Assembly: GCA_028693285.1 (NCBI GenBank)
Contig: JAQUVQ010000004.1
Span: 1,278-65,277 of the forward strand
Origin: Smithellaceae bacterium
Lineage (GTDB): Bacteria > Desulfobacterota > Syntrophia > Syntrophales > Smithellaceae
Direction of reading: 5' to 3'
DNA: 64,000 nt
In this document: piece by piece, positions 46,547 through 59,030 of the stretch
Numbering within the stretch: the first letter of the stretch is position 1
Layout of the letters: each line of letters starts with the position of its first letter
The notes under the pieces: generated by a model
The model's input: the letters and a program-made list of their open reading frames with translations, nothing else
Database searches by the model: none
Told to the model about the DNA's origin: nothing
Translations under genes and position numbers: made by a program

Positions 46547-47249
46547 TGTATCTTCCCGGATCTTTAATGCCTGCTTCCTTAAATCCTTTCAGCCTGAGCA
46601 GGCAGGAATCGCAACGGCCGCAGGACGCTCCGTCCGCATCCGGGTCGTAGCAGCTGTGTGTCAGCGAATAATCGACGCCGAGCTCCATCCCCCTTTTGAC
46701 AATTTGCGCTTTGCTCCAATGAATCAGCGGCGCGTGAATCCGTAATTTCTCTGTACCTTCCACGCCGGCCCGGGTCGCCAGGTTGGCCAGGCGTTCATAA
46801 GCTTCGATATATTCAGGACGGCAGTCCGGGTATCCGCTGTAGTCCAGAGCGTTGACGCCAATGAAAATATTGGAGGACCCGATCACCTCCGCCCAGGCCA
46901 GGGCGTAAGACAGGAAAATCGTGTTTCTGGCCGGAACATAGGTCATGGGAATGTTTTTCCCCAATTCTTCCACCGAGCCGTGTTTGGGAACGGCGATGTC
47001 CGCCGTCAGAGCCGACCCGCCAATACACCGCAAATCAATATCGACCGTCCGGTGCTCGACCACGCCGTTTTCCCGGGCGACGCGCGCGGCCGCTTCCAGT
47101 TCAACCATGTGCCGCTGGCCATAACGGAAGGTCAGGGCATGCACGTCAAATTTCATATTCCGCGCAATCGCCAGCGTCGTGGCGGAATCCACACCGCCGG
47201 ATAGGAGCACCACCGCTCTGGGGCGGGTCTTGATGGACGGATCGTTCAT
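46527..47249 (-). CDS. queC: 7-cyano-7-deazaguanine synthase
   Basis: [14 protein letters not shown]-loop and the C-terminal zinc cysteines CGRCDSC. Confidence 0.93.
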   Translation of the reverse strand: MNDPSIKTRPRAVVLLSGGVDSATTLAIARNMKFDVHALTFRYGQRHMVELEAAARVARENGVVEHRTVDIDLRCIGGSALTADIAVPKHGSVEELGKNIPMTYVPARNTIFLSYALAWAEVIGSSNIFIGVNALDYSGYPDCRPEYIEAYERLANLATRAGVEGTEKLRIHAPLIHWSKAQIVKRGMELGVDYSLTHSCYDPDADGASCGRCDSCLLRLKGFKEAGIKDPGRYRLKTEG

Positions 47250-47288
47250 GGAAAAACCTGTAGCAGATTTTGAAGAATTTCGCCCGCG

Positions 47289-48065
47289 CTATTTCAAGGC
47301 CGGAGGGGGAATGCAAAAAAGCCTGCAGGCATTCCGTGCCGCGGTCTGCGCCACGTCCTCCCAGGCAAGACCTTTGATTTGGGCGACTTTCCTCGCGGTA
47401 TGGACAAGGAAGGAAGGCTCGTTTCTTTTGCCGCGATGGGGCACGGGCGCGAGATAGGGGCAGTCTGTTTCCAGAAGAAGCCAGTCCATCGGCGCCTGCC
47501 GGACAACTTCCTGCAGCACTTTGGACCGGTCAAAAGTAACGACGCCGGGCACGGAAAGATAAAATCCCAAATCGAGGCACTGCCTGGCCATGGACCAGTC
47601 GCCGGAAAAACAGTGAAAGACACCCGAGCGGATGCCGGAGGCTTTTACCATTCGCAGCGTCTGTTCGTGCGCTTCGCGATCGTGAATGATGACCGGCAGG
47701 CGCAGCTCCCCGGCCAGATCCAATTGCCGGGCAAACATCTCCGCCTGCTTTTCACGCGGGGAAAGATCACGGAAATAATCAAGTCCGATTTCTCCGTAAG
47801 CGACAACCTTCGGGTCCTGCGCAAGCTTTTTCAGCTCGTCGAGCGAAGAGTCGTCCGCCGCGGCCGCATCATGGGGATGGATGCCGACGGTCGAATAAAT
47901 GTTTTCATGACGGCGGGCAATCGACAGCGCTTTGCGGCTCAAAGCCGGATTGGTCCCCACCGTGACGATGCAGTCAACCCCCGCCGCCCGGGCGCGTTCA
48001 ATCACGTCGGATCGATCGGGATCGAACTCCTTCATCTCCAGGTGGGCATGGGAATCGATCAGCAT
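47289..48065 (-). CDS. tatD: TatD family metal-dependent hydrolase
   Basis: MLIDSHAHL, HCFSG, ETDCPYL motifs. Confidence 0.9.
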   Translation of the reverse strand: MLIDSHAHLEMKEFDPDRSDVIERARAAGVDCIVTVGTNPALSRKALSIARRHENIYSTVGIHPHDAAAADDSSLDELKKLAQDPKVVAYGEIGLDYFRDLSPREKQAEMFARQLDLAGELRLPVIIHDREAHEQTLRMVKASGIRSGVFHCFSGDWSMARQCLDLGFYLSVPGVVTFDRSKVLQEVVRQAPMDWLLLETDCPYLAPVPHRGKRNEPSFLVHTARKVAQIKGLAWEDVAQTAARNACRLFCIPPPALK

Positions 48066-48235
48066 GAGGGCTTTTCGCCGGGTTGAATCTGAATTTCTTC
48101 TGCGTTTTCCGAAACGTCCGGAAGCTTTTTTAAAAGGCTGGACAGATCTTTTTCCGACAATTCTCCGATCAGCAGCTTGCGCGCAATGATTCTGCGGTCT
48201 ATCTTCAACAATTCCGGGTTTACTCTTTTGGACAT
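48059..48235 (-). CDS. candidate 58-aa hypothetical protein
   Basis: MSKRVNPELLKIDRRIIARKLLIGELSEKDLSSLLKKLPDVSENAEEIQIQPGEKPSC. It fills the gap between the ABC permease and tatD and overlaps the tatD start by 7 nt. No recognisable motif. Confidence 0.35.
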   Translation of the reverse strand: MSKRVNPELLKIDRRIIARKLLIGELSEKDLSSLLKKLPDVSENAEEIQIQPGEKPSC

Positions 48236-48357
48236 TGGGATCCTCCTGAATTCCTCGACAAAGTTCCCCGGCTGCACCCTCTGCAACCGTGGCGCTCTAG
48301 TATTACATTTTGCCGACATAATCAAGCCCCGGACGTTTGGACGGGCGCATCGGCTTT

Positions 48358-49185
48358 TCATCTTTTCAGGCGCGGATCGGACGCGTCACGAATCCCCTCG
48401 CCCAGCAGATTGTACCCGACCACCGTGATGAGAATGGCCAGGCCGGGATACAGCGACAGCCACCAGGCAATGTCGATGTTGTCCTTGCCGGCCGTCAGAA
48501 TATTTCCCCAGCTCGGCGTTGGCGGCTGCACGCCGATGCCCAGGAAACTGAGCGCCGACTCCGTCAGGATCGCCCCGGCAATGCCCAGCGTGGCCGCGAC
48601 CAGAATGGACGCCAGCGCGTTGGGCAGAATGTGCAGGAAAATAATCCGCGCATCATTGGCGCCGATGGCCCTGGCCGCCCATACGAAATCCCGCTCGCGA
48701 AGCGAAATAAAATCCGCCCGCACCAGACGGGTGACCCCCATCCAGCCCGTCAGTCCGATCACGATCATGATGTTCCAGATGGAGGGTTCCAGGAAGGCAA
48801 TCACCGCCAGAATCAGAAAGAAAGCGGGAAAGCACAGCATGACGTCCACAAAGCGCATGATCACCGCATCGACCCAGCCGCCGTAATAGCCCGCGACGGC
48901 CCCCAGGACCATTCCGATGAGAATGGCCAGCCCCGTGGCGACAAAACCGACTTTCAGGGAAATGCGCGCGCCCCAGATCATTCGGGAAAGAACATCGCGG
49001 CCCAGCTGGTCCGTGCCGAACCAATGCTCTACCGACGGCGGCTCCAGAACGTTTTGCAGATCGATTGCGCCCGGATCGCAGGGCGAAATCAGGGGAGCCG
49101 CCAGGGAAATCACAAAAAGCAGAACCACAATCGCCAGGCCCGCCAGCGCCAGCTTGTTTTTATAAAACATTTCCCGGAAGCCCAT
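48358..49185 (-). CDS. ABC transporter permease (Dpp/Opp C-type)
   Basis: BPD-transporter EAA-like loop (ARAIGANDARIIFLHILPN). Six TM helices. Confidence 0.88.
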   Translation of the reverse strand: MGFREMFYKNKLALAGLAIVVLLFVISLAAPLISPCDPGAIDLQNVLEPPSVEHWFGTDQLGRDVLSRMIWGARISLKVGFVATGLAILIGMVLGAVAGYYGGWVDAVIMRFVDVMLCFPAFFLILAVIAFLEPSIWNIMIVIGLTGWMGVTRLVRADFISLRERDFVWAARAIGANDARIIFLHILPNALASILVAATLGIAGAILTESALSFLGIGVQPPTPSWGNILTAGKDNIDIAWWLSLYPGLAILITVVGYNLLGEGIRDASDPRLKR

Positions 49186-49194
49186 CTTAAACCC

Positions 49195-50169
49195 TTAAGA
49201 AATCCTAATGCGGGGATCCGCCGCCGCGTACGACACATCCGCGATCAGATTCCCCGCCAGCGTCAAAACCGCGCCGATCAGCAAAATCCCCATCACCGTC
49301 GGATAATCGCGCGCCATAACCGACATGTAAAACAACTGTCCCATGCCCGGAATCGCGAAAATCGTTTCAAAGATGACGCTGCCGCCGATGAGCCCCGGAA
49401 TCGACAGCCCCAGAATGGTGATCGCCGGCAGGAGCGCGTTGCGCAGGGCATGCTTGTAAATCACCTGGCGCTCGCTCAATCCCTTGGCGCGCGCCGTCAG
49501 AATGTAGTCCTGCCGAATCACCTCCAGCATATTGGCCCTCATGTAGCGGGACAATCCGGCCAGCCCTCCGAAAGCAGAGATAAAAACCGGCAGGATCAGA
49601 TGTTTGGCCAGATCCGTCCACTGCCCCCAGGTGCTCAGATATTCATAATTGAGGGACCGCAATCCTGAAATCGGCAGCCAACCCAGGTGTATGCCGAAAA
49701 AAATCATCATGAGGAGCGCCAGCCAGAAGGTCGGCACGGCAAAACCGATAAAAACAATCACCGACATCACCTTGTCGAAAAGCGAGTCCTGATGGACCGC
49801 AGACAGAACGCCGATCGGCACGGCCACCGCGATGATCAGAACCAGCGAAAGAAGATTGATCGTGATCGTGATCGGCAGACGCTCCAGAATCTTGTCGGCC
49901 ACCGGCCGGTGGTCGGATGAAAAGGATGTTCCCAGGTCGCCGCGAATCAGCTTTGTGAGCCAGGATACGTATTGAACGTGGATGGGCTTATCGAGTTCGT
50001 AGAGGCTCATCAGGCGCTGGCGCATTTCCGCCGATGCTTTCGGGTTCATCTGCGTCTGCAGATCCGTGGGCGAGCCGGGAGCGAGGCGCATCACAAAAAA
50101 ACAGATGATCGTGATGCCCAGGAGCAGCGGGATCATAAAAAGAATTCTCTTGACCAGGTACGGGAACAT
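49195..50169 (-). CDS. ABC transporter permease (Dpp/Opp B-type)
   Basis: [35 protein letters not shown]-terminus and [21 protein letters not shown] loop. Confidence 0.88.
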   Translation of the reverse strand: MFPYLVKRILFMIPLLLGITIICFFVMRLAPGSPTDLQTQMNPKASAEMRQRLMSLYELDKPIHVQYVSWLTKLIRGDLGTSFSSDHRPVADKILERLPITITINLLSLVLIIAVAVPIGVLSAVHQDSLFDKVMSVIVFIGFAVPTFWLALLMMIFFGIHLGWLPISGLRSLNYEYLSTWGQWTDLAKHLILPVFISAFGGLAGLSRYMRANMLEVIRQDYILTARAKGLSERQVIYKHALRNALLPAITILGLSIPGLIGGSVIFETIFAIPGMGQLFYMSVMARDYPTVMGILLIGAVLTLAGNLIADVSYAAADPRIRIS

Positions 50170-50183
50170 CCCCCACTCCCCCC

Positions 50184-50981
50184 TCAGAGGTTCAAACCGT
50201 CCAGATAGGAACTGTTGCGCAAATTCGCCAGAGACTGCCAGAGGTGCTCCTCGGCATGCGCCTCCAGCGTAACCGTCGGCCTCACGTCCAGCTTCTTCAG
50301 CGCGGCAAAAAACAGGCCGAAAGGAAAGGTGGCGCCTCCCACCGGCAGATGCTCATCGAATTTGCCGAAATTATCATGAAGATGCAGATGGCCGATGAAG
50401 CGGCCCAGCTGCTCCATCCAGTCCTCCAGGGGCGCGCGGGCAAAAACATTGAAGTGGCCCGTGTCGAAACAAAAACACACCTGACGGGAATGGAGCGCTT
50501 CCAGCAGGCGGCGCAGGATGCCCGGCTCCCTTTCGTAAACGTTTTCCAGCGCAATGACGGCTCCTCCGTCTTCGGCCTGCACAATCAGCTGCCGCCAGAA
50601 ATTGACGCTGTTTTCCAGCCAAAGATCATCGCAGGACACATAGTAGCGTTGATCAAAGGAGGGATGACAGACAATTTTCAGCGGCTTAAAAATCGGGATC
50701 AGATCGAACACCTGCCGAATCCTGTCCAGGCTGGCCCGGCGGATTCCGTCGTCCAGCGCGCCGGGCCGCAAATCCATAAAAGGGGCATGAAACGTCACTT
50801 TTAACCCGGCATTCTCCAGCGTTCGGGACACCTTGGCGCACTGATTCCGATCCAGCGACTGAAGCGCATCGTGGCTGAAGTAGATCTCCAGATTGAGCTT
50901 CTTTGCCAGAACCATGGGCAGATGCCGCCCCAGCAGCAGATACGGCATGTGAACATGAACTTTCCGAATCATGTCGGGCAT
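50184..50981 (-). CDS. sugar phosphate isomerase/epimerase (xylose-isomerase-like TIM barrel) family protein
   Basis: AP-endonuclease-2/TIM-barrel pattern (ALENVYE, CFDTGH, HLHD metal ligands). Confidence 0.7.
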   Translation of the reverse strand: MPDMIRKVHVHMPYLLLGRHLPMVLAKKLNLEIYFSHDALQSLDRNQCAKVSRTLENAGLKVTFHAPFMDLRPGALDDGIRRASLDRIRQVFDLIPIFKPLKIVCHPSFDQRYYVSCDDLWLENSVNFWRQLIVQAEDGGAVIALENVYEREPGILRRLLEALHSRQVCFCFDTGHFNVFARAPLEDWMEQLGRFIGHLHLHDNFGKFDEHLPVGGATFPFGLFFAALKKLDVRPTVTLEAHAEEHLWQSLANLRNSSYLDGLNL

Positions 50982-51185
50982 TCAGAGATTCCTTTCTTCA
51001 TCGACAGGGACCGTTGATTTACCACAGTCGTTTTTTTTTCACAACCTCCCATCCCTGCTCTTCCTTCTGCGACATTGATGAAGGAGGCAAAAGCTCCCTG
51101 CATTCAGGGAAACGGCCGTGATCACCCGGCAGGGACCAAAATGCCTTATTGTCAACTTTTTGCATTTGTGACATAAGAAAATTAA

Positions 51186-51212
51186 GATTGAAGGCTGAAG
51201 ACTGAAGGTTGA
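51186..51212. repeat. GAAG-rich REP-like element (locus B)
   Basis: GATTGAAGGCTGAAGACTGAAGGTTGA matches the minus strand of locus A (GATTGAAGACCGAAGGCTGAAGGTTTGA) at about 22 of 25 positions. No inverted partner here. Confidence 0.5.
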
Positions 51213-51361
51213 TTTTGCGCACTCCTGGCGTTATAAGTTTTCTGAATGACGGCGCGTTTAGCGTCTTTCATTTTATCCTTAAAGCCGCGCGCGCCCGCAG
51301 GGGTGTCGGCATCGTGCCACCTTGCAGGGGGTCAGCCTAAAAACCTATTCAAGGAGGAATT

Positions 51362-51757
51362 TTGCCAGTTAAAAAAAATGAATCGGCCAGGCGGCTGCTG
51401 TTGTGCATCAACGCGGTTCTGCAGAAAAAGGCAAAAAATATTGTTGTTTTGAATGTTCGGGAGATTTCTTCCTTTACGGACTACATGCTTATCTGCTCGG
51501 GAACAACCGACCGGCAGGTTCAGGCCGTTGCCTCCACGGTTCAGGAATATCTGAAAAAAGAGGGCATCCGGCCGCTGGGTGTGGAAGGAAAGGCCAACGC
51601 CGAATGGATCCTGCTGGATTATGACGATGTGGTGATCTCCATTTTTCAGGAAGCCGCCCGTTCTTTTTACGATCTTGAAAACCTGTGGGACGCGCCCCGA
51701 ATGGAGATAGACGAAAACGCAACGGAAATCAAGAGATTGCACAAGGACATGACTTGA
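51362..51757 (+). CDS. rsfS: ribosome silencing factor
   Basis: Iojap/RsfS pattern: DYMLICSGTTDRQVQA...WILLDYDDVVISIF...YDLENLW. TTG start with GGAGGA upstream. Confidence 0.9.
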   Translation: MPVKKNESARRLLLCINAVLQKKAKNIVVLNVREISSFTDYMLICSGTTDRQVQAVASTVQEYLKKEGIRPLGVEGKANAEWILLDYDDVVISIFQEAARSFYDLENLWDAPRMEIDENATEIKRLHKDMT

Positions 51758-52482
51758 TTCTTTATGAGTTTTTATCCCAGATCTCCGATGCTTTTTTCCC
51801 CAGAATCTGCCTTGCCTGCTCCCGCATCCTTCCCTCCGGCCGCCCGGAGTTCTTCTGTTCCGACTGCTTTGGTCAAATCACCTTTCTTCACGGAAGCCTC
51901 TGCCCGGTCTGCGGAATCCTGTTTCCCGACTCATCTTCCGAAGACCACCTGTGCCCTTCCTGCATGGAAAACGCACACTGGTTCGAGTTCGCCCGCGCCG
52001 CCGTTGCCTATGAGGGAATCATCGCAGATGTGATCCGCCGCTTCAAGTACGGACGGGACCTGACGGCCGGCGAGGCGCTGGCGGGCCTTCTGGCCGACTT
52101 TGATTTTGACGGCGTCGATTTCAGCGCTTTTGACGCGATCATTCCCGTCCCGCTGCACATCAGGCGGCTGCGGGAAAGACGATTCAACCAGTCGCTTGTC
52201 CTGGCGCGCGCTCTGGGCAAAAAACACGGAATCGCCGTCGATTTTTCCTTGCTAAAACGGCGCAGATTTACTTTAACGCAAACAGGACTGGACAAAAGCG
52301 AGCGGGATAAAAACATTTCCGGCGCTTTCAGGGCAAGTCATTCAGAAAAGATTCCCGGCGGGAGTTTCCTGCTGGTGGATGATGTTTACACGACGGGAGC
52401 CACGATCAATGAATGCGCCAAAACGCTGGCGGAGGCGGGCGCGAAACGAGTGGCGGCGCTGACGGCGGCCCGTGTCCTTTAA
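51754..52482 (+). CDS. comF: ComF family phosphoribosyltransferase-like protein
   Basis: N-terminal double CxxC zinc finger (CLACS...CSDC, CPVCG...CPSC) and the C-terminal PRTase motif LLVDDVYTTGAT. The proposed TTG start overlaps the rsfS TGA. Confidence 0.8.
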   Translation: MILYEFLSQISDAFFPRICLACSRILPSGRPEFFCSDCFGQITFLHGSLCPVCGILFPDSSSEDHLCPSCMENAHWFEFARAAVAYEGIIADVIRRFKYGRDLTAGEALAGLLADFDFDGVDFSAFDAIIPVPLHIRRLRERRFNQSLVLARALGKKHGIAVDFSLLKRRRFTLTQTGLDKSERDKNISGAFRASHSEKIPGGSFLLVDDVYTTGATINECAKTLAEAGAKRVAALTAARVL

Positions 52483-52640
52483 ACGCCGGCCGGCCTCACG
52501 GCAGCCCGAAGGGACAGCCGATCACCAACGGAACCATCGGGATCGTCTTCGGAAAATGCGTCAAAACGTTTGCTTGGCCGGGACGGCCAAACGGTTTCAA
52601 TAAAAAAGCCCGGGTTGCCGACGAATCAAAAGGAGTCGCT

Positions 52641-53126
52641 ATGAACAAAATTCTAAACAGAACCGAATTAAAGGAAAAACTGGATGCGCTGCGCCAAGAG
52701 GGGAAAAAGATCGCCTTCACCAACGGTTGCTTTGATCTTCTTCACGTGGGCCATGTCCGATACCTGAAGGAAGCCGGAAAAACGGCTGATGTTCTGGTTC
52801 TGGCGCTCAACAGCGATTCCTCCGTGCGGGCCATCAAGGGACTCAAAAGACCGCTGGTTCCCGAGCAGGAGAGGGCCGAAATCCTTGCCGAGCTGGAATG
52901 CATCGATTTTATAACAATATTTTCCGAGCCGACACCGCTGGAGCTGATTTGCCTGCTCAAGCCCGATGTTTTGATCAAAGGCGGGGACTGGGCGGAAGAG
53001 CAGGTCGTCGGACGCGATGAAATCCGGCGGTGGGGCGGACGGGTCGAGATTATTGCGGAAGTTGCCGGCAAATCCACGACCAATATCGTGGACAAGGTCA
53101 TGGCGGTGTACGGACCGGACAAATGA
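52641..53126 (+). CDS. rfaE2: D-glycero-beta-D-manno-heptose 1-phosphate adenylyltransferase (RfaE domain II-like cytidylyltransferase)
   Basis: FTNGCFDLLHVGHVRYL nucleotidyltransferase HxGH motif. About 160 aa. Start at MNKILN. Confidence 0.88.
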   Translation: MNKILNRTELKEKLDALRQEGKKIAFTNGCFDLLHVGHVRYLKEAGKTADVLVLALNSDSSVRAIKGLKRPLVPEQERAEILAELECIDFITIFSEPTPLELICLLKPDVLIKGGDWAEEQVVGRDEIRRWGGRVEIIAEVAGKSTTNIVDKVMAVYGPDK

Positions 53127-53250
53127 AGGCGGAACAGGCGGGTGGATATGCGGGATTATGGATTTTTTTCGGATTTTTATACATGATTTTTTTGCTTTAC
53201 AAACCAGTCGCCATTAGGTAAAAGGTCCCTTCAAACATTACGGTAAAGGA

Positions 53251-53640
53251 GTGGCGGCATTGGAAAAACAAACGACTTTAAAGCCGGAAAAGCTCGAAGC
53301 ATTTCGCAAACTGCTGACACAAAAAATCAATGAATTGCTCAGCGAGGCGGGCAAAACCGTTTCGGAAATGACCAGCGGCAAGGAAAATTTCCCCGATCCC
53401 AACGACCGCGCCTCCCTGGAATCCGACCGCAATTTTGAGCTGCGCATCCGCGACCGCGAGCGCAAACTTATCGTCAAAATGCAGGAAGCCATCAAAAGGA
53501 TTGACGACGGCGTTTACGGCATCTGTGAATCCTGCGGCGGCCCGATATCCGAGAAAAGACTGCTGGCCAGACCCGTCACGACCGAATGCATCGACTGCAA
53601 AACCAAGCAGGAAAAAATGGAAAAGCTCAAAGGCGAATAA
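53251..53640 (+). CDS. dksA: DksA/TraR family C4-type zinc-finger protein
   Basis: Coiled-coil N-terminus, then CESCGGPI...CIDCK. Confidence 0.85.
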   Translation: MAALEKQTTLKPEKLEAFRKLLTQKINELLSEAGKTVSEMTSGKENFPDPNDRASLESDRNFELRIRDRERKLIVKMQEAIKRIDDGVYGICESCGGPISEKRLLARPVTTECIDCKTKQEKMEKLKGE

Positions 53641-53648
53641 AGACCGGA

Positions 53649-53674
53649 AGCCCCGCGAGTCGGGGCTTTTTTTT
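53649..53674 (+). terminator. rho-independent terminator
   Basis: AGCCCCG-cgagt-CGGGGCT followed by TTTTTTT. Confidence 0.7.
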
Positions 53675-53728
53675 GGCCCGTTTCCCGTCCGATATTTTCT
53701 TTTTGCGTCAAAAGTGGTAACAAGACTC

Positions 53729-56137
<2,409 letters not shown>

Positions 56138-56215
56138 GGAATGCCGGCAAAAACGGCAGCGGAAAATCCGCTGCCGCCGGTTGGGTCTGTTTGAATCCAG
56201 CCGCCCCCAGGAACG

Positions 56216-56674
56216 CTAAAACTGCTGCTTGGTCTCCAGCCGGATGCGGTCCTGATAGTACTGCGTGATTTCATACACAGCATAATCGATGAGCAGCATG
56301 ATCCGCATGACGGAGTCGATGGCCTGATTGTGCTCGATGGCGTTGATGAAAATCGCCTGGAACTCCGCGTAGAGCCACATGTGGCGGCGCATCATGTTCA
56401 GGGCGTAGATGGATTCATGAAGCGGAATGCCCATTTCGTAGCAGGTTCTCGCGTAGTGCATGAAAAATTCCTGCGCCTTGTCCAGACGATTGGGGGCCAT
56501 GAGCATGTTCCGAAGCTGGCTGTAAAATTTAACGGCCTGCAGGACGAGCTTCTCTTCAGGAATGTCCTTGTAGTGAACGGTTCGTTTATTTTTCCTGACG
56601 TCGGCGGCCCAGTGCACCGCAATTTCGTCAATATTGGCTTCCAGCACATCCAGCAGCTTAATCGATTCTACCAT
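56216..56674 (-). CDS. 152-aa helical sensor-like protein (tentatively RsbRD-N/globin-coupled-sensor-like), paralogue 1
   Basis: HWAADVRKN...VKFY...RRHMWLYAEFQAIF...LLIDYAVYEIT. The family call is from memory only. Confidence 0.55.
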   Translation of the reverse strand: MVESIKLLDVLEANIDEIAVHWAADVRKNKRTVHYKDIPEEKLVLQAVKFYSQLRNMLMAPNRLDKAQEFFMHYARTCYEMGIPLHESIYALNMMRRHMWLYAEFQAIFINAIEHNQAIDSVMRIMLLIDYAVYEITQYYQDRIRLETKQQF

Positions 56675-56721
56675 ATCGCATTCTCCTCTCTTCCATCCTA
56701 TGCGTGCAGGGGATACGGAAA

Positions 56722-57180
56722 TTATTTCTTGCCTTTTCCCTTCTTCATCAATTCCTGATATTCCTTCGTGACTTCATAAATCGCGTAGTCAAAAAGCAGG
56801 ATCGTCCGGCTCAGGGTGTCCAGGGCCTGCCGCTGATCGATGCCGGAGCTGAAGATGGTCTGGAATTCCGCGTACAGCCAGGTATGCCTTCGCAGAAGAA
56901 TCAACGCGTAGACGGCTTCATCCATGGGAATCCGCATGGCGAAACTTTCCTGTGCGTAGGTTCGAAAATATTTCATGGTGGCTTCACTGATTTTGTCTTC
57001 GGCGAACATTTTGCTGAAATTGTGATAAAACTTTACACCCTGATTCACGATGCTTTCTTCGTCCAGCTCCTTGTATCTTTTTGTCCGGGCATTGTTCTGG
57101 ACGTCCATCGCCCACCGTTTTGCCATTCTTCCCGCATGCTGCTCGGCCAGCTCCACATACTTAATGGCGTATGTCTTCAT
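56722..57180 (-). CDS. 152-aa helical sensor-like protein, paralogue 2
   Basis: RWAMDVQNN...VKFY...RRHTWLYAEFQTIF...LLFDYAIYEVT. Same length as its neighbour and collinear with it (roughly 35-40% identity by eye). Confidence 0.55.
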   Translation of the reverse strand: MKTYAIKYVELAEQHAGRMAKRWAMDVQNNARTKRYKELDEESIVNQGVKFYHNFSKMFAEDKISEATMKYFRTYAQESFAMRIPMDEAVYALILLRRHTWLYAEFQTIFSSGIDQRQALDTLSRTILLFDYAIYEVTKEYQELMKKGKGKK

Positions 57181-57303
57181 GCTTCGTCTCCTTTCGTGAA
57201 AGATCCACCTGTCATGAGATTCGTTTTGTTGTCTTCAATATAAAGCATGAAACCGAAATTGACAACAGGAAAATGCCGGAAAACCGCCGGTCAGGAGCGG
57301 CCC

Positions 57304-57332
57304 TTGACACAAACTTCACAATTCCATATAGA
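57304..57332 (+). promoter_or_regulatory. candidate sigma70 promoter of fmt
   Basis: TTGACA, 17-nt spacer, TATAGA, 26 nt upstream of ATG 57358. Confidence 0.45.
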
Positions 57333-57357
57333 AGCGTGAAAAAGAAAAGGACGGGAA

Positions 57358-58299
57358 ATGACGAAGAAACCACGCATTCTCTTCATGGGCACTCCGGCTT
57401 TTGCCCTGCCGGCCCTGGAAACGCTCTGCCAACGAGGCTTTCCAATCTCCGCCGTCGTCACCCAGCCGGACCGCCCCGCGGGAAGGGGCAAAAAGGATGC
57501 CGCTCCCCCCGTGAAGCAAATGGCGCAGAAATTCGGCCTCACGGTTTTGCAGCCGGCAAGCGTAAAAGACCCGTCTTTTCTGGAGGCCCTGGACGCCGTC
57601 CGTCCCGACATGGCGGTCGTGGCGGCCTTCGGACAGATTCTGCCCAAAGCCGTCCTTGACTTCCCGCCGCAGGGCTGCCTGAACATTCACCCTTCCCTTC
57701 TGCCCGCCTACCGGGGCGCGGCGCCTATCCACTGGAGCATCATCCGGGGCGAAAAACAAACCGGCGTTACCATCATGCTGATGGATGAAGGAATGGATTC
57801 CGGCGATATTCTGGCGCAGGAGAAAACGCCCGTCGGCGAAACGGAGACTTACGGTGAACTGCATGACCGGCTCGCGCTGCTGGGCGCGGCGCTGCTGGTC
57901 GAAACGATCGAAAGGCTCGCATCCGGCGCCGTTCAAAGACAAAAGCAGGATTCTTCCCGCGTGACCTTCGCGCCCCGCCTGAGCCGGGAAACCGGCAGAA
58001 TCTGCTGGCGCAATCCGGCCGAACACATCATCAATCTGGTTCGCGGTCTGAATCCGTCGCCCGCGGCTTACACGCTCCTGGAGGGGCAGGACCTGAAAAT
58101 TCTTGCTGCCGAGGCCCGCCCGGGCCCTGTGGAAGAACCGCCCGGCGCCGTCGCCGCAGCCACCCCCGAGGGGCTGCCCGTGGCGGCCTCGAACGGCCAT
58201 GTGATCTTGAAGGAGGTCCAGCTGGCCGGCAAAAAAAGAATGCCGGTTTCCGACTTTCTGCGCGGCTTTCCACTGAAGCCCGGAATCCGGCTGGAATGA
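57358..58299 (+). CDS. fmt: methionyl-tRNA formyltransferase
   Basis: ILFMGTPAFA, NIHPSLLPAYRGAAPI, and the C-terminal Fmt domain. Confidence 0.93.
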   Translation: MTKKPRILFMGTPAFALPALETLCQRGFPISAVVTQPDRPAGRGKKDAAPPVKQMAQKFGLTVLQPASVKDPSFLEALDAVRPDMAVVAAFGQILPKAVLDFPPQGCLNIHPSLLPAYRGAAPIHWSIIRGEKQTGVTIMLMDEGMDSGDILAQEKTPVGETETYGELHDRLALLGAALLVETIERLASGAVQRQKQDSSRVTFAPRLSRETGRICWRNPAEHIINLVRGLNPSPAAYTLLEGQDLKILAAEARPGPVEEPPGAVAAATPEGLPVAASNGHVILKEVQLAGKKRMPVSDFLRGFPLKPGIRLE

Positions 58300-58316
58300 G
58301 GCCCGACGCGCGCCGT

Positions 58317-58694
58317 CTATTTCCCGGCCTGGTTTTGAAGTTGTATCAGATGGTCGGTTGTTTCCCTCAGGCGCCGGGCCATGGATTTCAGGATCATCTG
58401 AAAATCACTGGAGATTCCATTAAGCTCCCGGTCGAAGTATTCCCGGTCGATCATTCCGATTCGGGTTTTGCCCACCGCCGTTGCCGTCGCGGAGCGCCCT
58501 TCTTTGGAAATGTAGGCCACTTCCCCGATGATTTCCCCCGTTTTCAGAACCGCGATGACGATCTTTTTCCCTTCGACGACTCGGGAAATTTCCACGGCCC
58601 CCTCTTCAATAACGTACATCCAGTCGCCAAAGGTTCCTTCTTTAAAGATCACCTGCCGGTCGTTGAAGGTCTCGTATTTTACAATCTGGAACAT
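58317..58694 (-). CDS. stand-alone cyclic-nucleotide-binding domain protein (125 aa)
   Basis: IFKEGTFGDWMYVIEEGAVEI...GEIIGEVA...RSATATA is the CAP-family cNMP-binding cassette. It is the only credible part of track ORF 58317..60956. Confidence 0.85.
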   Translation of the reverse strand: MFQIVKYETFNDRQVIFKEGTFGDWMYVIEEGAVEISRVVEGKKIVIAVLKTGEIIGEVAYISKEGRSATATAVGKTRIGMIDREYFDRELNGISSDFQMILKSMARRLRETTDHLIQLQNQAGK

Positions 58695-58856
58695 GGGGCG
58701 CCCCCTTTCGCCTTTTGGTGTGCCGGATTCATTGACCGGATTTTTTCTAACATGAATTTCCCATGAACTCAACCGCCAATCCCAATGGGCCGGCCCCCGG
58801 AAATTCGCACTTTCCATCCAGCCGAGGCCCTCACCGGAAAGGGGATCAAGTTCTTC

Positions 58857-58885
58857 TTGACTTACAAAACGGGACTTTCTATAGT
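58857..58885 (+). promoter_or_regulatory. candidate sigma70 promoter with long leader
   Basis: TTGACT, 17-nt spacer, TATAGT. This predicts a GC-rich leader of about 140 nt before ATG 59031. Confidence 0.45.
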
Positions 58886-59030
58886 TCCGAGGCAAAGAAA
58901 AGCTCTCGTGTGATCTCATCGTGTTTCGGCAAGGCGGCAAAGGCCGATTCCGGGCGCGAAACGAACGGCCGAAGGCAACGCCGGCCGGTCCAGCGGGGTC
59001 TGGAGACGGGAAGGCAACGGAGGAACGGCC

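Noticed and set aside
51300-51345. Sigma54-like promoter (GGCATCGTGCCACCTTGCA) upstream of rsfS
   Set aside because: The GG-to-GC spacing is 6 or 14 nt, not the required 10. It does not fit TGGCAC-N5-TTGC.
58892-59030. Possible c-di-GMP (GEMM-I) or other known riboswitch in the long leader of the GNAT-fusion gene
   Set aside because: It contains GGCAAAGG-like strings, but I could not align the paired GNRA-tetraloop/receptor architecture or the ACGCAAAGCC block. Kept only as an unexplained long leader.
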